Assembly (NCBI GenBank): GCA_020429915.1
Contig: JAGQKV010000008.1
Location: 3,338-67,337 of the forward strand
Direction of reading: 5' to 3'
Length of the DNA: 64,000 bases
Source of the DNA: Candidatus Omnitrophota bacterium
GTDB lineage: Bacteria; Omnitrophota; Gorgyraeia; Zapsychrales; Zapsychraceae
Shown: positions 56,012 through 64,000 of the stretch, one piece after another
Position numbering within the stretch: position 1 is the stretch's first letter
Layout of the letters: each line of letters begins with the position of its first letter
Made by a program: the position numbers and the translations under genes
The notes under the pieces: generated by a model
Seen by the model: the letters and a program-made list of their open reading frames with translations, nothing else
Database searches by the model: none
What the model was told of the DNA's origin: nothing

Positions 56012-58123
56012 ATGTCGGGGAGTCTCTATATTACCTCTACCGAAGACAACAGCGGCAAATCGGTCATCACCCTGGGGGTGATGGATATGCTGCTGCGTAA
56101 AACCAACCGGGTCGGATTTTTCCGCCCGGTCGTGGATATCCCGGAGGGCGGCCGCGACCGGGATATCGATTTGATCGCGACCTATTTCGGCCTGGAAGCC
56201 CACCACGACGATATGTACGGATTGACGGCGAAGAAACTCGGTGAATTGATGGTGAAGGGAGAAGAGCAGGCGGCGGTCGAATGCATCATCGACAAGTATG
56301 ACCGGCTCCGGGAGCGTTATGAGTTTATTCTTTGTGAGGGAACCGATTTTAACAGCTCCACTGCCTCTTATGCCTTCGACATCAACGCCGAGATTTGCAA
56401 TCATCTCGGTTGTCCGGTCTTGCTGGTGGCCGGGGCTTTTGGGAAGACCACCGAGGAAGTGATCCATTCCACGCAGCTCGCCCTGGAATCGTTGAAGGAA
56501 AAGAAATGCCAGACCGTTGCCACGATTATCAACCGGGTGACACCGGAAAACCGCGAACAGGTGCTCAGCGGCATCGGTGCCGCCGAGATCTTTAAGGGCC
56601 AAAGTGTTTACACCATTCCCGATCAACCGTTTCTCACTTATCCGACGGTAGGCGCGGTCGCTGAGTTTATGAATGCCGGGATCCTCTACGGTCATGATCA
56701 GTTGCATCGTCATGTCAACGGGATGACGGTGGCGGCCATGCAGCTGCGTAATTTTCTGTCCCGCTTCAAACACGGATCGCTGGTGATCGTTCCCGGCGAC
56801 CGGGCCGACGTCATTGTTGCCAGCCTGGCCGTGGTCTGCTCGAGCAGCGCCGAGAAGATTTCCGGACTGCTGCTCACCGGCGGTCTCAAACCCGAGCCGG
56901 CCATTGACGATCTGCTCAAGGGCTTCCCGCGCATGGTGCCGATCCTGAGTGTGGCGACCAATACCTTTGAGACGGCCACCACCCTGAACCATATGCCCAC
57001 CAAGATCAGTCCGCATGACAAGCGGAAGATCTCCAGCGCTTTATCCGTTTTCGAAGATTACGTCGATGTGGAGGACTTGCAGAGTCACATTGTCACTTCA
57101 CGGGCGGCGATCGTTACCCCGCGAATGTTCGAGTACCGGATCATTCAACGCGCGCGCGGCAACAAACGGCACATTGTCCTGCCGGAAGGTGAAGAGGACC
57201 GCATTCTGTGGGCGGCTGAGAATCTGCGCCAGCGGGATATCGTCGATCTGACACTGCTGGGCGACGAGCGCATTATCCGCGACAAGATCTCCCAGCTCGG
57301 AATTCACCTCGATGATATCAACATCGTCAATCCGCATACGTCCCCGTTGCTGAACGATTATATCCAAACCTTCTATGAATTGCGCAAACACAAGAACATC
57401 AATATGGATATCGCCACCGACTGGATGCATGACGTCAGCTACTACGGGACCATGATGGTCTACAAAGGGCATGCCGATGCGATGGTCTCGGGTGCCGTCC
57501 ACAGCACACGTTCGACAATCCGACCGGCCCTGGAAATTATCAAGACCATGCCGGGATCGACGATCGTCTCCAGCATATTTTTTATGTGTTTCGATGACCG
57601 CGTGCTCGTGTACGGGGACTGCGCGGTCAACGCCAACCCGGACGCGTCCCAATTGGCGGAAATCGCGATCAGTTCCGCGCAGACCGCCAGGGACTTCGGC
57701 ATCGAACCCGTCGTGGCGATGCTGTCCTATTCCACCGGCGACTCCGGCCAGGGCGAGGATGTGGAGAGGGTGCGCGAGGCCACGGAACTGGCCCGCGAGC
57801 GCGCGAAGACACAGTATCCGGGACTGAAGATCGAAGGGCCTTTGCAGTATGACGCCGCAATCGAGCCGTCGATCGCTCAGACCAAACTTCCGGGCAGCGA
57901 CGTAGCCGGCAAGGCGACTGTCTTTATCTTCCCGGACCTGAATACCGGCAACAATACTTACAAAGCGGTCCAGCGCTCCGCCGGCATCATTGCGGTCGGA
58001 CCGGTTTTGCAAGGGCTGAATCATCCGGTGAATGACCTCAGCCGGGGATGCACCATCCCGGACATCATCAATACCGTGGCCATTACCGCCGTTCAAGCGC
58101 AGGTGCGAAAGGCGTCTGCATGA
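56012..58123 (+). CDS. pta: phosphate acetyltransferase (long form with N-terminal DRTGG/AAA-like domain)
   Basis: 703 aa. C-terminal PTA domain motifs. Typical long Pta architecture. Confidence 0.85.
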   Translation: MSGSLYITSTEDNSGKSVITLGVMDMLLRKTNRVGFFRPVVDIPEGGRDRDIDLIATYFGLEAHHDDMYGLTAKKLGELMVKGEEQAAVECIIDKYDRLRERYEFILCEGTDFNSSTASYAFDINAEICNHLGCPVLLVAGAFGKTTEEVIHSTQLALESLKEKKCQTVATIINRVTPENREQVLSGIGAAEIFKGQSVYTIPDQPFLTYPTVGAVAEFMNAGILYGHDQLHRHVNGMTVAAMQLRNFLSRFKHGSLVIVPGDRADVIVASLAVVCSSSAEKISGLLLTGGLKPEPAIDDLLKGFPRMVPILSVATNTFETATTLNHMPTKISPHDKRKISSALSVFEDYVDVEDLQSHIVTSRAAIVTPRMFEYRIIQRARGNKRHIVLPEGEEDRILWAAENLRQRDIVDLTLLGDERIIRDKISQLGIHLDDINIVNPHTSPLLNDYIQTFYELRKHKNINMDIATDWMHDVSYYGTMMVYKGHADAMVSGAVHSTRSTIRPALEIIKTMPGSTIVSSIFFMCFDDRVLVYGDCAVNANPDASQLAEIAISSAQTARDFGIEPVVAMLSYSTGDSGQGEDVERVREATELARERAKTQYPGLKIEGPLQYDAAIEPSIAQTKLPGSDVAGKATVFIFPDLNTGNNTYKAVQRSAGIIAVGPVLQGLNHPVNDLSRGCTIPDIINTVAITAVQAQVRKASA

Positions 58124-59265
58124 TTGTCCTGGTCATCAATACAGGCAGTTCCTCCATCAAGTATGAAGTTTTCGACATGGTAGCGGATTGCCGCATCGGC
58201 GGGGGAGCGATCGAAGGCATCGGACAAGGGAAGATTGCCGACCACCGTGCCGGTCTGCGCAGGCTGATCGACGATCTGCTGAATGCCGAGAACGGGATGG
58301 TCGCGGACCCTGCGCAAATCTCGGCGGTCGGCCACCGCGTGGTCCACGGCGGAGAAAGTCTCGCCGACCCGGTCGTGGTGGATGACGCCGTCGAGCAAAA
58401 GATCGAGGAGAATGTCCCGCTGGCTCCGCTGCATAATCCGGCTAATTTGTTGGGGATTCGCACCGCTCGTGAGATGTTCCCGGCGGTGCCGCAGGTGGCC
58501 GTTTTTGACACCGCCTTCCATCGAACCATGCCGCCGCGGGCCTATTTGTACGCACTGCCGTATCATTTGTATGAAGACCTTCGTCTGCGGCGGTACGGTT
58601 TTCACGGGACCTCGCATGCCTATGTGACCGAACAGGCCGCCCGGTTGATGGAATGCCCGGTGTCGGCGGTGAATCTGATCACCCTGCACTTGGGAAACGG
58701 CGCGAGTGCCGCGGCCGTTCGTGCCGGACAGTGCATTGATACTTCAATGGGCATGACGCCGCTGGAAGGTTTGGTGATGGGGACCCGGTGCGGGGATCTC
58801 GATCCTTCCGTACCTTTCTTTCTCGGCGAGCAGACCGGCATGACACCCGCCGATATCAACGCGTTACTCAATAAGGAAAGCGGTCTGAAAGGATTATGCG
58901 GGGAGGCGGATATGCGGGAGGTAATCGCCCGGCGCGACGGAGGTGACGCCCGGGCGACGGCCGCCCTGGAAGTTTACGTGTACCGGCTTCAGAAATATAT
59001 CGGTGCCTACACCGCGGCGCTGGGGGGCGTGGACGGATTGGTTTTTACCGGCGGAGTCGGTGAACGTTCGGCGCTTATCCGGCAGGAAATCCTCACCGGT
59101 CTGGAACACATCGGCTTGCGGCTGGATACGGACCGCAATGCCGTCGCGTCCGAACAGGCACGGTTTATTCACCACGACGACGGCGCCGTCAAGATCATGG
59201 TCATCCCGACAGACGAAGAACGCCATATCGCGCGCCAGGTTATGAACGTGCTTTCCTCTCGATAG
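58120..59265 (+). CDS. ackA: acetate kinase
   Basis: Start MIVLVINTGSSSIKYEVF overlaps the pta stop (ATGA). Acetokinase signature regions. Confidence 0.85.
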   Translation: MIVLVINTGSSSIKYEVFDMVADCRIGGGAIEGIGQGKIADHRAGLRRLIDDLLNAENGMVADPAQISAVGHRVVHGGESLADPVVVDDAVEQKIEENVPLAPLHNPANLLGIRTAREMFPAVPQVAVFDTAFHRTMPPRAYLYALPYHLYEDLRLRRYGFHGTSHAYVTEQAARLMECPVSAVNLITLHLGNGASAAAVRAGQCIDTSMGMTPLEGLVMGTRCGDLDPSVPFFLGEQTGMTPADINALLNKESGLKGLCGEADMREVIARRDGGDARATAALEVYVYRLQKYIGAYTAALGGVDGLVFTGGVGERSALIRQEILTGLEHIGLRLDTDRNAVASEQARFIHHDDGAVKIMVIPTDEERHIARQVMNVLSSR

Positions 59266-59347
59266 TCCTCCACCGCTTAATGCGGGAAACTCCTCCCAAC
59301 CATCCAAAGATACAAAACTTATTCCGGAGCATGCGGCACTGGGCACT

Positions 59348-60325
59348 CTATAGTGACGCGATGTACTGGATCATCATCCGGCGTTCGCCTTCATCCGGTA
59401 GGCGTCCTTCCAGCGCACCCATGTTTTCGATCATGTGATCCACCCGTGAGGTGGCCGGGATAGCACACGTCACCGCCGGATGCGAGACGATGAATTTCAG
59501 AAAGAACTGCGCCCAGTTGCGGCAGTCGAATGTTTTGGCAAAGGCGGGCAGCGGAAGTTTTTCAAAACGGGGAAACAACTGACCGCCTTGGAACGGCCGG
59601 TTGATGATAACACCCAGTTCCCGTTCGCGCGCGATCGGCAGCAACCGGTCCTCGGCCGCGCGGTCGACGATATTATAGGTGAATTGGACAAAGTCGATAG
59701 GCGCGGTGGTCATCACCTTTTCAAACAGGTCGTGCCGGCGGCCGTGGGAGGTGGTAATGCCGACATAACGGGTCAGTCCGAGGCTTTTCCATTCCAGCAG
59801 GGTCTCCAGGTGCTTTTCCCAATTCAGCAGGTTGTGGACCTGCAGGAGATCGAACTGTTCCAGGCCCCAATATTCATGTGAATCCATGATTTGGCTGATG
59901 CCCTGACCGGTAAAGGGAGTCCATATTTTGGTTGCTGAGAACAGGGAAGAGGAATCGTCGATCCGCTCGAGCGTGTATCCGAGGACTTGCTCGGCCGAAC
60001 CGTACATCGGCGACGAGTCGACCATGCCTCCGCCCATTTTTAGAAACGTCCGCAGCACATCGGTGCGGGCGTCCCGCAACCGGGTGTCGCTGCCGACGTG
60101 AAAGGTTTGCCAGGTGCCCATGCCGATGACCGGAAGGTGCTCGTCGGTCCGTGGGATGCGCCGGGTGATTATGGTCCGCGGGGCGCAGAAGACGGGGCGC
60201 GGCAGAAACGGCGCAGACAGCGCGGCGCCGACGGTGAGCAGGAGGTATTTTAGGAAAGCCCGCCGCGTGATCACGGCACGCGTCGCTTCCGGTTTTTCGT
60301 CGTGGGCCTCGCGGGATTCGGGCAT
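59348..60325 (-). CDS. aldo/keto reductase with Tat-type signal
   Basis: Tat-like RRAFLKYLLLTVGAALSA N-terminus. AKR core (VIGMGTW...). Confidence 0.65.
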   Translation of the reverse strand: MPESREAHDEKPEATRAVITRRAFLKYLLLTVGAALSAPFLPRPVFCAPRTIITRRIPRTDEHLPVIGMGTWQTFHVGSDTRLRDARTDVLRTFLKMGGGMVDSSPMYGSAEQVLGYTLERIDDSSSLFSATKIWTPFTGQGISQIMDSHEYWGLEQFDLLQVHNLLNWEKHLETLLEWKSLGLTRYVGITTSHGRRHDLFEKVMTTAPIDFVQFTYNIVDRAAEDRLLPIARERELGVIINRPFQGGQLFPRFEKLPLPAFAKTFDCRNWAQFFLKFIVSHPAVTCAIPATSRVDHMIENMGALEGRLPDEGERRMMIQYIASL

Positions 60326-60334
60326 AGGCGTCTT

Positions 60335-61732
<1,398 letters not shown>

Positions 61733-61785
61733 TTATATCCGGACATTATGTTGACTTCACCAAGGGGTTTGTTAGAATTCAGTGT

Positions 61786-62460
61786 ATGACTCTAAATTAT
61801 TCCGATCAAAATTCTGACAAACGCAAGCACCCACGGATTTCCGGATCGATTATCGAATATTCCTACCTGAGTACGCCGTCTTTTCAATTAACGGCGTTTC
61901 TCAAGGATCTCAGCATGGGCGGGGTATGCATTTATACGCATGATGAAATCCCGCCGGTGACCAATTTGTCCCTGCTGATCCACCACTTCAGCGATGAAGC
62001 CCCCATCGAAGCACGCGGTGAAGTCATTTGGCAGCGGCCGTCCAAGGTGGCCGGATGTTTCGACACCGGCATCCGCTTCATCAAACTGGAACCGGCTGAA
62101 GAGGAGAAGTTGATAAATTTTATCGAGACCTTCCTGGAAGGCCACCCCGAGGGCGTGGCCGTGTCACAAGTGGAGATGTCCACACCCGAAGGGGTTTACA
62201 AACAATTGTACAGTTCGGGAGAGTTGTTGAGTGAGGTCAATGTGATCAACGGAAAAATGCAGGGCCTCAAACGCTACTACTACCGGTCCGGACAGGTCCT
62301 CGAGGAACTGAACTGGGTCGACGGTGTGCGCCACGGTCCCCGGCGGTGCTATTATCCCAACGGGCAGCTGTATCTCGAGCAGGAATTCCGCAACGGAAGG
62401 AGTGTCTTCGTGCGCTGGTATTCCCGCGAAGGCCGTCTGATCAAGGAAGTTGCCGAGTAA
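61786..62460 (+). CDS. PilZ domain protein with C-terminal MORN/YwqK-like repeats
   Basis: PilZ motifs (KRKHPRISG...DLSMGGVCIYT). C-terminal YYRSGQ...YYPNGQLY repeats. Confidence 0.55.
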   Translation: MTLNYSDQNSDKRKHPRISGSIIEYSYLSTPSFQLTAFLKDLSMGGVCIYTHDEIPPVTNLSLLIHHFSDEAPIEARGEVIWQRPSKVAGCFDTGIRFIKLEPAEEEKLINFIETFLEGHPEGVAVSQVEMSTPEGVYKQLYSSGELLSEVNVINGKMQGLKRYYYRSGQVLEELNWVDGVRHGPRRCYYPNGQLYLEQEFRNGRSVFVRWYSREGRLIKEVAE

Positions 62461-62484
62461 CCGACCGCTTACGGGATAGTGCCG

Positions 62485-64000
62485 ATGGATAACGCGTCCG
62501 TCTCGTCAGGGCCGCCTCCGTCCAAAACGTATGTCATCGCCCGCCAGCTGTTTTTACGGCTGATGGGAGGGATATACTTTCTCGCCTTTTTATCGCTTAC
62601 TTATCAGACCAGAGGATTGTGGGGGAAGGAAGGGATTCTCCCCGCCGCGGATTATCTGAATGTCGCGCGTCAATTCTACGCCGGCAGCCATGTGTGGCAG
62701 CACCCGACGATCTTCTGGCTGGGCAGCGGGGATGGTGTTCTGCTCGCCGCGTGCTGGGCTGGAATGGGCCTCGGACTGCTGCTGATGTGCGGCCTCGTCC
62801 CGGCGGTGACCTGCGCGCTGTTATGGATGTTGTATGTGTCGTTCATTTATATCGGTCAGGACTTTCTCAGTTTTCAATGGGATATTCTGCTGGTCGAGGT
62901 CGGATTCCTCTGCATTTTCTTCAGCCCGTGGCGGTGGACGCTGTCGTCGCGGCGTGAACCCGTCCCGCGGGTCATCCTGCTGCTGCTGTACGTCGTCCTG
63001 TTTAAGGTGATGATGCAATCGGGCCTGGTCAAGCTGCACAGCAAGGATCCCGCCTGGGCCGACCTCACGGCGTTGACCTATCACTATTGGACGCAACCCA
63101 TACCCAATCCGGTCAGCTGGTACGTGCATCAACTGCCTTTGTGGCTCCAGAAGTTTTCGTGTTTGATGATGTTCATCATTGAACTCTTCGTACCCTGCTG
63201 GATATTTCTCGGCCGTTGGATGCGGCGGGCCGCCTTTCTCCCCCTGGTCGGATTGCAGGTGTTGATCCTGTCGACGGGGAATTACTGTTTTTTCAATCTG
63301 CTGATGATCGTGTTATGCGTCCTGTTGCTGGATGATCAGGTCTGGCGCCGGTTGCTGCCGGGGAACCTGACGGATTTGCTCGACACGACCGCGGATACCG
63401 ACGCTGCGCCCGGGTGGTTCGGCTGGACCAAATACGGGATATGTATCGGTGTGGCGATTGTCATTACCGTTTTGAATATCGGATTGGGCCTCCGCATGTC
63501 TTACGGGACAAAATCGGTGCCGCGCCCACTGGCGGCCTTAAACAAGGCATTGTCGCCGTGGTTGCTGACCAACAGCTACGGCCTGTTCGCGGTGATGACC
63601 AAGACCCGTCCGGAGATCGAGATCCAGGGCAGCACCGACGGTCAGACCTGGAAGACGTATCCGTTTCGGTACAAGGCGGGCCGCCTGGATCGGCGGCCTC
63701 CGCAGGTCGCGCCTTATCAGCCGCGGGTGGACTGGCAGATGTGGTTTGCCGGTTTAAGCGGACGGTTGGAGCGGAGTCCGTGGTTTCTGCGCATGATGGA
63801 AAGGATCGCCGAAGGAAGTCCGGCGGTCCTCGATCTGCTCGGCGAGAATCCGTTTCCGGACAAACCGCCCAAATACTTCCGGGCCAAATTGTATCATTAC
63901 GAATTTACCACGCCCGCGGAACGCGCGGCCACGGGCAACTGGTGGAAGAGGAGTTATCAACGCATGTATATGCCGGAAGTGTATCTCAAGAAAGCCGGGA
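62485..64000 (+). CDS. polytopic membrane protein, HTTM / lipase-maturation-factor-like (3' end beyond window)
   Basis: ORF is open to the window end. Many transmembrane helices. Family resemblance is from memory only. Confidence 0.4.
   Translation, partial: MDNASVSSGPPPSKTYVIARQLFLRLMGGIYFLAFLSLTYQTRGLWGKEGILPAADYLNVARQFYAGSHVWQHPTIFWLGSGDGVLLAACWAGMGLGLLLMCGLVPAVTCALLWMLYVSFIYIGQDFLSFQWDILLVEVGFLCIFFSPWRWTLSSRREPVPRVILLLLYVVLFKVMMQSGLVKLHSKDPAWADLTALTYHYWTQPIPNPVSWYVHQLPLWLQKFSCLMMFIIELFVPCWIFLGRWMRRAAFLPLVGLQVLILSTGNYCFFNLLMIVLCVLLLDDQVWRRLLPGNLTDLLDTTADTDAAPGWFGWTKYGICIGVAIVITVLNIGLGLRMSYGTKSVPRPLAALNKALSPWLLTNSYGLFAVMTKTRPEIEIQGSTDGQTWKTYPFRYKAGRLDRRPPQVAPYQPRVDWQMWFAGLSGRLERSPWFLRMMERIAEGSPAVLDLLGENPFPDKPPKYFRAKLYHYEFTTPAERAATGNWWKRSYQRMYMPEVYLKKAG

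Overview
This 64-kb window reads as a high-GC bacterial chromosome segment, probably from an uncultivated lineage; I could not place it taxonomically from sequence alone. Coding is dense and mostly on the + strand. It splits into two parts. (1) Roughly 1.1-13.1 kb is an accessory, cassette-array-like region. It holds about 18 small, mostly co-oriented, functionally unrelated genes: a GNAT acetyltransferase, a hexapeptide acyltransferase, two alpha/beta hydrolases, a DUF1428 protein, a secreted EEP nuclease, a GT39-like membrane glycosyltransferase, and many hypothetical, secreted or membrane proteins. Several of these genes are clearly AT-richer than their neighbours. At least nine copies of an imperfect-palindrome (hairpin) element sit between the genes. 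The hairpin arms are tandem heptamer repeats of the form G-N-GAT-N-N (GTGATGA, GGTGATT or GTGATAC types) facing their complements (CATCAC type). Many copies are followed by a conserved ACATCACCC(GG)AGG module immediately upstream of the next start codon. I consider this repeat-punctuated array the most likely candidate for a novel or undescribed system here (an integron-like or CALIN-like cassette array with non-canonical recombination sites, or a REPIN/MITE-colonised hypervariable island). No integrase or transposase for it is visible in the window. (2) From 13.1 kb onward the window is mostly housekeeping and envelope genes. These include an RNA-repair set (Tpt1/KptA, then RtcB plus archease) and a 1344-aa repeat-rich surface protein with an IS1634-like transposase remnant and an unexplained 500-bp GC-rich structured non-coding region beside it. 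They also include pfk, a three-gene block of very large proteins (a 1024-aa TPR protein, an ICMT-PAP2 fusion membrane protein and a 1434-aa unknown), LptF/LptG, ComF, PyrE, an in-frame Maf-M48 peptidase fusion, a histidine kinase, an acetolactate-synthase-like TPP enzyme, an aldehyde dehydrogenase, an ECF sigma/anti-sigma/CpxP-like envelope-stress module, YaaA, two MORN-repeat proteins (one with an SNase domain, one with PilZ), GloA, RadC, pta-ackA, an aldo-keto reductase, MetY and an HTTM-like membrane protein. All calls come from reading the sequence and the translations; no database searches were run.
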